A DNA stretch of 28,873 bases from Bdellovibrionota bacterium FG-2 (GCA_051382305.1 JBBCAV010000273.1:1-28873); one strand, 5' to 3'; shown: positions 1 to 9,875, counted from the first letter of the stretch. A program made the numbers and translations. The notes: generated by a model not told the origin, from the letters alone.

Positions 1-937
1 CCTCAATCTTCGCCCCCCCCGCCACCGAGGCATCAAGAACCTTCTTCAGCGTCTCAAAACTCCCATCACTTACGAGCCTACAAAAATCAACGCTTCGTTT
101 TCGAGCGCCTTCGGAGTCTCCAAAGCGCGCGGCAAGCACCTTCTTGGATTCGGCAATAAATTCCGCCTGCCGACTCTCGTGAATCAATAAATAATCAGGC
201 GCCACGCAAGTCTGCCCCGCATTGATAAACTTGCCCCACATGATGCGCTCGGCCGCCTTACGCACGTTTGCAGTTTCATCCAAAATCACAGGCGACTTAC
301 CACCCAACTCGAGCGTCACCGAAGCCAAATGCTTGGCCGCCGCGGCCATAACCGTTTTGCCGATGCGAGGACTGCCCGTAAAGAAAATGTGATCAAAGGG
401 CAATTCCAGAAGTGCGTCGGAAACCGCAGAACTTCCCTCAAAAATGGCGACCTCGGACTCATCAAATAGACCCGAAATAAACTTCTTTAAAAATCGAGCG
501 GTGTTGGGGGTCTTACTCGACGGCTTCAAAATCGCACAGTTCCCTGCCGCTATGGTCGTCACCAACGGGTTCATCAGTAATTGAAACGGATAATTCCAAG
601 GTGAGAGAATCAGAACCAATCCCTTGGCCTCATAGCGGACCTCGCTTCGGGTCCCAAAAAGAACCAGTGGCGTGGACACGGATTTTGGCTTCATCCAATC
701 CGACAGATTTTCAATCGTGTGCTTCAGCTCCGAAATCGTTGGGAAAACTTCAGTGAGGTCTACCTCACCTGCGTTTTTCCGGTAATCATCAAAGATCGCC
801 TTATGAAGCTCCTCGCGTTGTGCCAAGATCGCATCACGCAACGCTGTGAGTTTCCTTATGCGCTCCTCAGCGGATGACTTCGCAATCTTCCAACGATTCG
901 CCTTTTGTTTTTCAAATACCGCGCGAAAATCTTCCAT
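1..937 (-). CDS. Aldehyde dehydrogenase (ALDH3/coniferyl-aldehyde DH-like), runs off the left edge
   Basis: Manual translation from ATG at 937 (RBS GGGGAG upstream): MEDFRAVFEKQKANRW...SPWNYPFQL...KPSSKTP...FTGSPRIG...LELGGKSP...NAGQTCVAPDY, which are the canonical ALDH motifs. Confidence 0.95.
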   Translation of the reverse strand, partial: MEDFRAVFEKQKANRWKIAKSSAEERIRKLTALRDAILAQREELHKAIFDDYRKNAGEVDLTEVFPTISELKHTIENLSDWMKPKSVSTPLVLFGTRSEVRYEAKGLVLILSPWNYPFQLLMNPLVTTIAAGNCAILKPSSKTPNTARFLKKFISGLFDESEVAIFEGSSAVSDALLELPFDHIFFTGSPRIGKTVMAAAAKHLASVTLELGGKSPVILDETANVRKAAERIMWGKFINAGQTCVAPDYLLIHESRQAEFIAESKKVLAARFGDSEGARKRSVDFCRLVSDGSFETLKKVLDASVAGGAKIE

Positions 938-964
938 AAAACAATCTCCCCTTCAATACTTCGT

Positions 965-2617
965 TTAATATTTAAATGAGCTTCCGCCTAAGAATTCCCT
1001 CAGGATCGAATGTCTTGGTACAGCATCCACGGGGATCGGCAAAAAGTACGACAAGAACTTAAGCAACCTCACGGCTTCACCATACGACTTAGAATCGGGT
1101 GTCACTGCCAAAAGCAACGGTTCGGCCACCGTTTTGAGTGCCGAAAACTCATAAATCAAGGCAGTATTAAAAAAAACATCAGCTTCTTCTTGGTAAGGAA
1201 AAACATGATGTGTCTCCCCCTCGCGAACGCTCGGCCAACGCGCGATCGTATCCGTGGCCGAATAGTTGCGAAACTGAAAATCCCGAATCATGCGACGAAG
1301 AATACGAGTATCGGTCGTTGGAATCCGATTATGACTATCCAGCGGCACTTCAGTTAACGGGCTTACGTAGATTTTGAAGACGCTTCCTTTGGGAAGTTGC
1401 GATGAAAAGAGAGGGTTAAGTCCATGAATCCCCTCTACCAAAATAATGCTTCCTTCTTCGGGAGTAAAGACTTTTCCCGACATTTTATTTTTGCCGGTCT
1501 TAAAATCATATTTTGGCAATTCAACGGATTTTCCTTCAATAATCTGTCGAAGGTTTGCCTGCATCAGGTTGATGTCGATTGCTTGAGGAGATTCAAAATC
1601 ATGCTCCCCTTTCGCAGTCATGGGCGTCTTATCTCGATCCAGAAAATAATCATCCATCGAAATGAGATAGGGCTTTAGACCATTGATCTGAAGCTGAATG
1701 GCCAAGCGCTTGGTGAAAGTTGTCTTCCCGGAAGCCGACGGACCCGAAAGTAAAATAACCTTGGTGCCCTTCTTGTTTGCGATGGCATCGGCGATTTGAC
1801 CAATCTTCTTTTCTTGGAAAGCCTCCGCAATCAGCACAAACTCGGGATAACGATTATCCCGAATCACGTTATTAAGCATTCCAACGTCTTCAACTTCAAG
1901 AATTTTACGCCACTTCAGTGTTTCTTGGAAAACTTTGTAAAACTTTTTACTCTTACGACCCGTGATGATTTTGTGCGGATGACTGATAGAAGGAAGATGC
2001 AATATCAGACCTTTATCATAACGCGTAATTAAAAATTTGCGAACATACCCGGTGCTGGGAGCAAGATATCCATAAAAATAATTAATCATCCCATCGAGCG
2101 TATAAATACTCGCATGCGTGACATCGCGAAAACTCATCAGTCTTGCTTTGTCTTCTTTGCCAGCATCGTTGAAAATCTGAATCGCTTTGGCAATAGGCAC
2201 CTCGTCGCGCACAAAAGGAAGATCGGCATTGACGATTTCCCACATGCGTTTTTCGAGCCGCTTAATAAACTCACCACTGATAGAATCTTGATCTTTAATT
2301 TCAATATAAAGCCCATTTGCAATCGGGTGCAGGATTGTAATCTTTGCTTCGGGATCTAAGTCGCTCACCGCTTTGATCAACAAGAACGACGCGCTTCGCT
2401 GATAGATTCGAATTCCATCCAAGGAATCAATCTCGACGAAGCGGATCTTAGCATCGGAGTCAACCTTACGAGTCAATTCGTGCATTCTATTATTAACAAA
2501 AGCCGCTAATACGGTGCGATTACGGTTCATACCGAGGCCTTTGAGGACGTCCAGAAGTGGTGTACCTGCCTCCTCATCAATTTCACGCGAATCTTCAATC
2601 GTTAGTTTTAGTGACAT
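965..2617 (-). CDS. Nucleoside/uridine kinase-family protein with N-terminal TGS/ThrRS-like domains
   Basis: 550 aa; Walker A GPSASGKTT, SMDDYF, VEGIHGL, LRRMIRD, C-terminal SILREFLGGS; N-terminal ThrRS-like region (IYQRSASFLLIKAV). Confidence 0.85.
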   Translation of the reverse strand: MSLKLTIEDSREIDEEAGTPLLDVLKGLGMNRNRTVLAAFVNNRMHELTRKVDSDAKIRFVEIDSLDGIRIYQRSASFLLIKAVSDLDPEAKITILHPIANGLYIEIKDQDSISGEFIKRLEKRMWEIVNADLPFVRDEVPIAKAIQIFNDAGKEDKARLMSFRDVTHASIYTLDGMINYFYGYLAPSTGYVRKFLITRYDKGLILHLPSISHPHKIITGRKSKKFYKVFQETLKWRKILEVEDVGMLNNVIRDNRYPEFVLIAEAFQEKKIGQIADAIANKKGTKVILLSGPSASGKTTFTKRLAIQLQINGLKPYLISMDDYFLDRDKTPMTAKGEHDFESPQAIDINLMQANLRQIIEGKSVELPKYDFKTGKNKMSGKVFTPEEGSIILVEGIHGLNPLFSSQLPKGSVFKIYVSPLTEVPLDSHNRIPTTDTRILRRMIRDFQFRNYSATDTIARWPSVREGETHHVFPYQEEADVFFNTALIYEFSALKTVAEPLLLAVTPDSKSYGEAVRLLKFLSYFLPIPVDAVPRHSILREFLGGSSFKY

Positions 2618-2676
2618 AGGCGATTATTGTCCCAAACTTGACCTTTTTTGGGAAGACCCTAATATGGAATATAGAC

Positions 2677-3588
2677 ATGGACTTTTTTCCCATTTACGCA
2701 GGGAGCCTTCAGCCCAATACGACCGTGCCTTTTGACGCTTTTGTTCAAGTAGCGATCAAGTTTCTGCCCTATATTGAGAAAGCAGAAAAAGTAGACGCTG
2801 AAAGACTTAGGAAACTCGTCACCAACACCATGCCCAGGCTTTTTGTGCCTATTTTGGACGAACCGGCCTATTTTGAATATCTAAAAGCGTGTCTAGAAGA
2901 GCCAAAGCCCGCCAAGAACCCCATCGAGCATCTGTTCTACTCGCTTTGTACAGTGACTGAGAATCTCCCACGCAGAGTTGAAAACGAAGGCACTTTTCAA
3001 CAAACGGCTGCCATCATTTATCTAATTTCTGACTTTTTATCGGCCCGCCCCAGTGCCATCAAATCTGAGTTCTTCGGGACAATGGAATCTTCTAATGTCT
3101 TTGAGCACTCCGCTAAAGTCGCGATCCTTTCGATGGCCCTTGCCCCTCGGCTCGGCCTGCAGGACAGCCAAGAACTCCGTGACATGGGCGTTGCGGCCCT
3201 TCTTCACGATTTAGGGAAACTCTCACTGAACCTGCCGTGGGGAGCATCACTTGAGGACCTTCCTCGCGGCCTTGCCCAAGCCTACTCAAGCCATCCAGCC
3301 CTTAGCGTCGAAATCGTGTCCGATAAACGGTATGTTAATGTGCGCATCAGACGACTCATCGCAGATCACGAAGAAATGGGACAAGGCGAGGGGTTCCCCG
3401 GGAAAAAGAACATTGTGGAGCTTTCGCTTAGTTCGCAAATTCTGAACCTATGTAACGACTTCGAGCGATACACGACCCAACAAAAAACATCGCTCATCGG
3501 CGCCTTCAAGACGTACACCCGCGACAAACGCGGGTTATTCGACTCGCTTCAGTTGCTCAGACTTGGTGAAATGCTCTCAGGGAAATAG
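2677..3588 (+). CDS. HD-GYP/HD-domain protein, partly degenerate
   Basis: FEHSAKVA...LLHDLGK...SHP...DHEE...GEGFPG; the ATG at 2677 is preferred over the TTG at 2638. Confidence 0.8.
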   Translation: MDFFPIYAGSLQPNTTVPFDAFVQVAIKFLPYIEKAEKVDAERLRKLVTNTMPRLFVPILDEPAYFEYLKACLEEPKPAKNPIEHLFYSLCTVTENLPRRVENEGTFQQTAAIIYLISDFLSARPSAIKSEFFGTMESSNVFEHSAKVAILSMALAPRLGLQDSQELRDMGVAALLHDLGKLSLNLPWGASLEDLPRGLAQAYSSHPALSVEIVSDKRYVNVRIRRLIADHEEMGQGEGFPGKKNIVELSLSSQILNLCNDFERYTTQQKTSLIGAFKTYTRDKRGLFDSLQLLRLGEMLSGK

Positions 3589-3603
3589 CTGCAGCGCCCG
3601 ACC

Positions 3604-3924
3604 TTATTCGGTCCCATTCGTTCCGTGGCAACTCATGCAGTAAGTCGTATCGTAACCTTTAGCCGCAAACACGCGATTCAATTCATCCGCATCAATCGAC
3701 GAAGTCGGACCCCGATGGATGTTTTGAAAAACGTTATGACAAACCAGGCAATCTTTTCGCCCGTATCCACCCTTATGCTCTTGAGCATCGACAATGCGAA
3801 TACCACCGGAGGAAGCCTGCACATCCCCGTAGTTCTCCCGATCGCGCACATCCGAACCACAGCCCGCCGCGAGGCCACTCGCAACTATCATCACCAACAG
3901 AAGCTTTACCTTAAATGTCATCAT
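3604..3924 (-). CDS. Small di-heme c-type cytochrome lipoprotein
   Basis: Lipobox LAAG-C after a hydrophobic leader; two CxxCH motifs (CLVCH, CMSCH); ATG at 3924 overlaps the upstream stop (ATGA). Confidence 0.85.
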   Translation of the reverse strand: MMTFKVKLLLVMIVASGLAAGCGSDVRDRENYGDVQASSGGIRIVDAQEHKGGYGRKDCLVCHNVFQNIHRGPTSSIDADELNRVFAAKGYDTTYCMSCHGTNGTE

Positions 3925-4514
3925 TTTTTCCCCGAATGGCAATCAGTACAAAAAACCCTGGAATGACAGGTATCGCACTTTTGCGGCTGCGCACGCGCAA
4001 CGACCGAGTGATAAAATCTAAAGTTACGACTGTGATTTTTGAACTCCACATCGTTGCGTCGCTGGTGGCATTTCACGCACTGGGAAGTCGTGTGACAATT
4101 CATGCAAGCATCCCCATCAATGCGCGCGTTGGTTGCATGAGATTGCGCCCACCCTATATTTAGGTGATTGCGGGGCTTGATATCCTGCAAGTTGCCCTCA
4201 CTTCGGTGGCAATTGTAACACTCCTGAGGGGCCGCTTTGTTCTTAGCCTCTGCACTTTGATGGCACTCGTGACAAATCGCCTTAAGAGGCCGGTTTAGAG
4301 CAGAGTTTGCCATTCCCGACAATAACACAGCCGTTTTGGCCTTGAGATCGACTTTGAAATTATGACAGTGATCGCAACTAAGGCCTCTCGCCTTAATAAC
4401 TCGATCAAGATGAGCGTCATGATCAAAACGCGCCGTCACATCGACGCGCTCCTCCGCGCGGCTTGAAACACTTCCAACCATCATGCAAATTATAGGAACC
4501 CAAAACGACTTCAT
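3921..4514 (-). CDS. Hepta-heme c-type cytochrome (c7/c3-like N-domain), exported
   Basis: Signal peptide ending SRA; seven CxxCH motifs (CDHCH, CHECH, CYNCH, CMNCH, CVKCH, CDTCH, CTDCH); ATG at 4514 overlaps the porin stop (ATGA); RBS GGAAGGA. Confidence 0.92.
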   Translation of the reverse strand: MKSFWVPIICMMVGSVSSRAEERVDVTARFDHDAHLDRVIKARGLSCDHCHNFKVDLKAKTAVLLSGMANSALNRPLKAICHECHQSAEAKNKAAPQECYNCHRSEGNLQDIKPRNHLNIGWAQSHATNARIDGDACMNCHTTSQCVKCHQRRNDVEFKNHSRNFRFYHSVVARAQPQKCDTCHSRVFCTDCHSGKK

Positions 4515-5770
4515 ATTTCCTTCCAAAGTAAGTAGGTCAATTTGGCAATGCCGCGGGCATCATAACGAAGGCTGTTGTTACTATTAAATTCGCCTCCCAC
4601 ATTGAACTTAAGACGATCGGTAAATGAATATCCAATCCATCCCTCTACATTGAGCGCTAACCTCTGAGCCGAGGTGACCTTCTCGTAGTAACTTACATCC
4701 ACTCCCTGCGTGAACTCCAACTTGTCCGTTAGATCTTCCCGAAACTTGATCCGATCCCCATAGGCTTTTCCGCCATAACTAAAAAAATAGTACGCCGTAT
4801 TTGTCGCCGTCAAAAAGCGTTTATGAAAACGACTTCCCCACTCTGCCCGATAGCCATAAGTCCGAAGCGCCGCTTGCAAAAGATAATCATCATAAGCAAA
4901 CGCGACGCTGGAAGAAAATACGGAATTAAACTGATAATCCAGCTGCAATGAAGTTTCGTACAAACGTCCTAGGGAAAAAATTGAAAACAACGGATCCTGT
5001 ACATCGTCATCGGGCTTTGACTCATAAGTCATGGCCCGCCATCTCACACTCATCCGGGTCGTCGGATAAAGATCAAAGCCCCCTTCGCCGATATTCAAAA
5101 CAAACGTCTGGGCATTCACTTCGGAGTTAAGTAGAAACTCGGGACTCCAAAAACTTCCAAAGGGTTTTTGAACCGCGCCCCCGACAAGATGCTGCCCCGG
5201 AAGATTAGGCATGTTTCGATACTGATACTTTGCCTTTAAAAATAACGGATACTGACTTGAACTGCGATACTGAATATTATTGGAAACAAACTGCGTGGTC
5301 GAATCCAGACTTGCATTCAAAAGTTTGCGCTCAACCCCAGCCATCGTCCCGAGTTTAATCCGCTTATCAAAGAGCGCCAAATCCGCACCCAAGGAATCCG
5401 TTGTCGTTGTACGTGTTGAGGTGTGCACATTAAAAGAGCGCCCCGCGCGAAAAGTGAGCACATCTTGGACCGGACTATAAGCGAGATCGAAAATATAGAG
5501 ATCAAATTGGGATTTGGATTTGGCCGGATCCCCAAAGACCGAAAAATTGGTATTGAATTCAAAATCATGCGGATTTGAGACATACGAACTTGAGAGAAAC
5601 TCGTACATGGGTGCTTCGGCCTTAAAATCTGTTCCATTGCGTCCAAAAAATAAGCTTTCAGATTCTACTCGCAAAAGGCCGGCAAAACCTCTATGAGCTC
5701 CCCCCAGGAAAGCGGCAATCACGGCAACACAAACGATGAACTGTCGAGCACGACAAAGTGTGAGAATCAT
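4511..5770 (-). CDS. Putative outer-membrane beta-barrel (porin-like) protein
   Basis: 419 aa; signal peptide; no internal TM helices; aromatic-rich alternating beta-strand patterns (SLQLDYQF, GWIGYSF, AKLTYLLW); directly coupled to cytochrome genes. Confidence 0.65.
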   Translation of the reverse strand: MILTLCRARQFIVCVAVIAAFLGGAHRGFAGLLRVESESLFFGRNGTDFKAEAPMYEFLSSSYVSNPHDFEFNTNFSVFGDPAKSKSQFDLYIFDLAYSPVQDVLTFRAGRSFNVHTSTRTTTTDSLGADLALFDKRIKLGTMAGVERKLLNASLDSTTQFVSNNIQYRSSSQYPLFLKAKYQYRNMPNLPGQHLVGGAVQKPFGSFWSPEFLLNSEVNAQTFVLNIGEGGFDLYPTTRMSVRWRAMTYESKPDDDVQDPLFSIFSLGRLYETSLQLDYQFNSVFSSSVAFAYDDYLLQAALRTYGYRAEWGSRFHKRFLTATNTAYYFFSYGGKAYGDRIKFREDLTDKLEFTQGVDVSYYEKVTSAQRLALNVEGWIGYSFTDRLKFNVGGEFNSNNSLRYDARGIAKLTYLLWKEI

Positions 5771-5804
5771 GAGATTCCACCCTTTTAGCTCGCTCGGTAT
5801 TCAA

Positions 5805-5829
5805 CTTCAAGCAATCATTTTGATCTCAT
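5805..5829. repeat. Left copy of the 25-bp target-site duplication of the IS1634 element
   Basis: CTTCAAGCAATCATTTTGATCTCAT, identical to 7976-8000. Confidence 0.95.
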
Positions 5830-7975
5830 CTTGGGTTTCCCAGCTGCATAGCAGCGTAATTTAGAAAATTCACAATAACTATTGAATGGCTTTGGGTTTT
5901 TCGGAAAGTTCATTTTTTTTGTGTTTTTATAAGACGGCCTAACTTCAGCAATAAGTGTGCTATTTGTATCTTATTTTTTGCTTGTTTTTTAAAACAAATG
6001 TTTTATATTACGGCCTAATGAAAGACTGCGAACGAAAAATACACCTCAAAGACTGCTCCGTCACAAAGAACGGCGTGCGGCACCGTTACTTCTCCCTGGC
6101 GGAGTCTCGCAAAGTCGACGGCAAAAACCAAAAGACGACCATCAGGTACCTGGGCAACATCACTGAGGCTCAAGAGGAGTCCTATCGATGCGCATTGAAG
6201 AGCATCAATAGTGGCAAGGGCTCAATCGTTGATCTCGAAGACCTAAGGTATGAGCGCAGCTATGAGTTTCTTAATGTCGCGGTGATGCACTGCCTTTGGC
6301 AGCAGCTCGGATTTTCTAAAATATTTTCACGCTGCGACGGCTCACATAAAGAAGTCTCCACGGAGCAGGTTGCGGAGATCCTAGTCACAGCCAAACTGCT
6401 TAAGCCCTCGAGCAATGTCAGAACCGTTGAGTGGTGCAATGAGTCCACGCTACTGCCTAAGCTCATGGGGAACAGCCCAGGCAAATACAATCGAATGAAA
6501 ATCTTTCACGAGCTCTCTACATTGGCAGCTTGTAGACCCAACATGGAGGAGCACTTTCTGGGGCTTGCCCAGAAGTATAACAGCGACGGTTTTGATATTT
6601 TCTTTATCGATGGCACGACCACCTATTTTGAGGGCACAGAATGCGAGCTGGCTCGTCCAGGCAAAGACAAGACCACAGGGTTTCAGACGCACATCGTCCT
6701 GATTCTTTTAGTCACCGACCGCCAGGGATACCCCTGCGCCTGGGAGGTTTATGAGGGCAATGACAAGGAAGTAAAAAGACTTAAGGAGATTGCCCAGAGA
6801 ATTTGCACCCAATACAAGATCACCAACATCACGTTTTGCTTTGATCGCGGCTTCGCGAGCATGAAGAATTTCGAGATGATCGAGGATTTGCAGTCAAAGT
6901 TTATCTCCGGCCTGGACCGCAATCAAATCAGCCAAGTCTGTGATGTAGCTCTTTTTCAAAACACAACACGGCAAAAGATTTTAGATAACGCGGCGACTTT
7001 GCATCAATTCGCAACACCGACCAAGGGAGAAGCCTCAAAGCGTCGGTGGCCAATTGATGGCTTTTATACTGCCGACGGAGAGAGGTATTATCGCGACCTA
7101 GGCGTGAAGAGTTTACTTGGGGGCCATTACCGTTATGTGGCTGGGTTTAGTACAGACATTTATCAAGCCGAACAGGCTCATCGCGAGCAGGCCAGGCTGG
7201 ATGCATTCTTAAAGATCTGCGAACTCAATGAAGAACTTGCGGCTGCAAAAAAGGACCGCGACCTAGACGTGGCCGCCCGCAAAGTGAGTGACATCCTAGA
7301 AGCACATAAGATGCAGGGGATCATCCAATTTACCCTCACCCCCACTAGCGTGAAAGTTGGCAATGACACCATCCAGTCCGGGGTCATCAAGTACAGTGTC
7401 GATAGCGAGGCTTGGCATCAGGCACAGCTGCTCGACGGCTTGTTTGTTTACGTAACCGACCACTCAGAGGTGGATGCCGTCGGCATGTTTAAACTCACTG
7501 CCTATGACATCACTCGGCATTACAAAGACAAGTTTGTGATCGAGCAAGATTTTAGAGGATTAAAAAATATCATCGACCTACGCCCCCTCTATGTTCGGCT
7601 ACCCGAGCATGTGCGCGCGTTGGTTTCGATCTCGATGATGGCGCAGTTCATAAACGTTTTCATTACGCGGCGCCTGGCCACTATCGGCATGTCGCTGAAT
7701 GAATTTTACAATCTGCTTGATCAGTCCAAGTCGGTAGCGGTCCTAAGCACACCGAAGCGGACACTGAACAAGCTGGTTAAAACGCAGCCGAGGCTAATCA
7801 CTGCACTGGAGGCACTCGACCTGAAAGATTCCGTCTTTTCCGATCGTACAATGGCTACCCTCGCTTAATCCGGCACGCTCCCTCGTGCTCACTCAGGATT
7901 GAGTTTACGGCCTAACTTTTTTTATGTGATGTGAATGATTACGCCAGGTTTGTGCGCTGAGTTGAGAAACATGGG
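5830..7975 (+). mobile_element. IS1634-family insertion sequence (~2146 bp)
   Basis: Single DDE transposase; imperfect terminal IRs CTTGGGTTTCCCAGCT vs CCCATGTTTCTCAACT; flanked by a long perfect direct repeat. Confidence 0.9.
6018..7868 (+). CDS. IS1634-family transposase
   Basis: N-terminal RYFSLAESRKVDGK..KTTIRYLG; FIDGTTTYFEG; CFDRGF; YKDKFVIEQDFRGLK..LRPLYVRLPEHVRA. ATG at 6018 is preferred over GTG at 5955. Confidence 0.9.
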   Translation: MKDCERKIHLKDCSVTKNGVRHRYFSLAESRKVDGKNQKTTIRYLGNITEAQEESYRCALKSINSGKGSIVDLEDLRYERSYEFLNVAVMHCLWQQLGFSKIFSRCDGSHKEVSTEQVAEILVTAKLLKPSSNVRTVEWCNESTLLPKLMGNSPGKYNRMKIFHELSTLAACRPNMEEHFLGLAQKYNSDGFDIFFIDGTTTYFEGTECELARPGKDKTTGFQTHIVLILLVTDRQGYPCAWEVYEGNDKEVKRLKEIAQRICTQYKITNITFCFDRGFASMKNFEMIEDLQSKFISGLDRNQISQVCDVALFQNTTRQKILDNAATLHQFATPTKGEASKRRWPIDGFYTADGERYYRDLGVKSLLGGHYRYVAGFSTDIYQAEQAHREQARLDAFLKICELNEELAAAKKDRDLDVAARKVSDILEAHKMQGIIQFTLTPTSVKVGNDTIQSGVIKYSVDSEAWHQAQLLDGLFVYVTDHSEVDAVGMFKLTAYDITRHYKDKFVIEQDFRGLKNIIDLRPLYVRLPEHVRALVSISMMAQFINVFITRRLATIGMSLNEFYNLLDQSKSVAVLSTPKRTLNKLVKTQPRLITALEALDLKDSVFSDRTMATLA

Positions 7976-8000
7976 CTTCAAGCAATCATTTTGATCTCAT
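7976..8000. repeat. Right copy of the 25-bp target-site duplication (contains the ftsH 3' end and stop)
   Basis: Identical to 5805-5829. Confidence 0.95.
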
Positions 8001-9834
8001 CGTCTCGATGTTTCAGCCAAAGATTCCGAATCTGCTCCTCATTTAGCGTCTCATGGACAATGAGTTCCTTTACCCCATCGTTTACAAACCCTTCAAATCG
8101 GTGGACTATCTGCGTCGCCCTTGAAAACGCCCGCTCGACAATCCCCCTTACCTCGCGATCAATTCCCTCTGCAGTTTCTTCGCTGTATTCGAAGGCCCTC
8201 ATGCTGGGGAGTGGATTCAAGAATGGTGAAACCTCGCGATCATAAGTAATCATTCCAAGCGTATCACTCATCCCAAAACGGGTCACCATGGCTCGAGCCA
8301 GATCGGTGGCCTTATCTAGGTCATCAGCCGCCCCGGTGGACATCTCTCCCAAGAAGTGTAACTCCGAGGATCGTCCCCCCATCAAGACTGCGATTTTGTG
8401 CTCCAATTCTTTCCGGCAGGCTAAATAGCGATCCTCGCTCGGCCGGCGAATCGTATATCCCAAGGCTCCCATGCCACGTGGAATCACACTGACCTTGTGC
8501 ACGGTCTCTCCTTCACCAAACGCCAAGGCCACCAACACATGCCCCATTTCATGAAACGCGACTCTGCGCTTTTCTTCGGGGTTCAGAAGGCGACTCTTGC
8601 GCTCAAGGCCTGCCACAATCCTTTCGATTGCCTCGGTAAAGTCCGCGTTCGTTACCGCATCGGCTTTACGGCGTGTCGCGGTGAGCGCTGCTTCGTTCAC
8701 GAGATTAGCTAAATCGGCTCCAGAAAAGCCTGTGGTGAGCGAAGCAATTTCGTCGGCATTAATCTCCGCCGCAAGATGAATTTTCTGCATGTGTACGTTC
8801 AGAATCTCCACACGTCCCTTGCGATCTGGCTTATCAATCAAAACCTGTCGGTCGAACCGACCTGAGCGCAATAATGCAGGATCGAGCACTTCGGGTCGAT
8901 TTGTTGCGGCTAGCAGGACGATTCCCTTACTCGAGTCAAAGCCATCAAGCTCGGCCAAAAGTTGATTGAGGGTTTGCTCCTTCTCGTCGTTTGCGCCGCC
9001 ACTAATAGCGCTCACCCCTCTCATTTTCCCCAAAGCATCCAACTCATCGATAAACAGGATGCAAGGCGCTTGGCTACGCGCCTGCTCAAAGAGGTCTCGC
9101 ACGCGTGCGGCCCCAAGACCCACGAACAACTCCACAAACTCAGAACCATTGATCAGGAAAAACGGGACACCGGCCTCGCCTGCCACGGCCCGAGCAAGCA
9201 ATGTTTTCCCCGTGCCGGGTGGACCCACAAGGAGCAGCCCTTTGGGCATTCTGCCCCCAAGGCGATTATAATGGGCGGGATCTTTTAGGAAACTTACAAC
9301 TTCTTGAAGTTCTGCCTTGGCTTCGCCCACCCCCGCCACATCTTTGAATCGTGTTTCGATGTCTTTTTCTGCATAGACGCGCACTTTCGATTTTCCCAGG
9401 GGGAACATCTGACCCCGAACGCCCCCGCCACCTGCTTTCGCCATGAAGAAACTCCAGATCGTCACCATGACCAAAATCGGGAGTACCCAAGACGCGATGG
9501 CCCGAATGAATGTGCTCTCGCGAACGGCCTCGAACTTCACTTTTGCGCGGGTCAGGCGATCTATGAGCGTCGGATCCTCTGTTCGCAACGTCCAGAACTT
9601 CTTGACCGGCACAGTTGCAGGAGGTTTAGCCGGTTCGGCCACCAGAAGCGTGCCTTCAATTCGTTCTTGCCCGACGACGAGCGACTCTATTTTCTGTTGA
9701 TCGAGTTTTTCAACAAACTGGCTATACGGAATTGCTTCAGATTTACCCTGTGTCATGAAAAGATCTTGGACAAGGAGAAAAACCCAGAAGATGAGGAGCA
9801 GATAGAGGAGACTGAAATTCTTTTTTTTCTGCAC
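7978..9834 (-). CDS. ftsH: ATP-dependent zinc metalloprotease FtsH
   Basis: Two N-terminal TM segments, [39 protein letters not shown] zinc motif. Confidence 0.97.
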   Translation of the reverse strand: MQKKKNFSLLYLLLIFWVFLLVQDLFMTQGKSEAIPYSQFVEKLDQQKIESLVVGQERIEGTLLVAEPAKPPATVPVKKFWTLRTEDPTLIDRLTRAKVKFEAVRESTFIRAIASWVLPILVMVTIWSFFMAKAGGGGVRGQMFPLGKSKVRVYAEKDIETRFKDVAGVGEAKAELQEVVSFLKDPAHYNRLGGRMPKGLLLVGPPGTGKTLLARAVAGEAGVPFFLINGSEFVELFVGLGAARVRDLFEQARSQAPCILFIDELDALGKMRGVSAISGGANDEKEQTLNQLLAELDGFDSSKGIVLLAATNRPEVLDPALLRSGRFDRQVLIDKPDRKGRVEILNVHMQKIHLAAEINADEIASLTTGFSGADLANLVNEAALTATRRKADAVTNADFTEAIERIVAGLERKSRLLNPEEKRRVAFHEMGHVLVALAFGEGETVHKVSVIPRGMGALGYTIRRPSEDRYLACRKELEHKIAVLMGGRSSELHFLGEMSTGAADDLDKATDLARAMVTRFGMSDTLGMITYDREVSPFLNPLPSMRAFEYSEETAEGIDREVRGIVERAFSRATQIVHRFEGFVNDGVKELIVHETLNEEQIRNLWLKHRDDEIKMIA

Positions 9835-9875
9835 GAAAAGCTAAAATGCAAACGGCGCACCAGAGGCTTTGGTCG

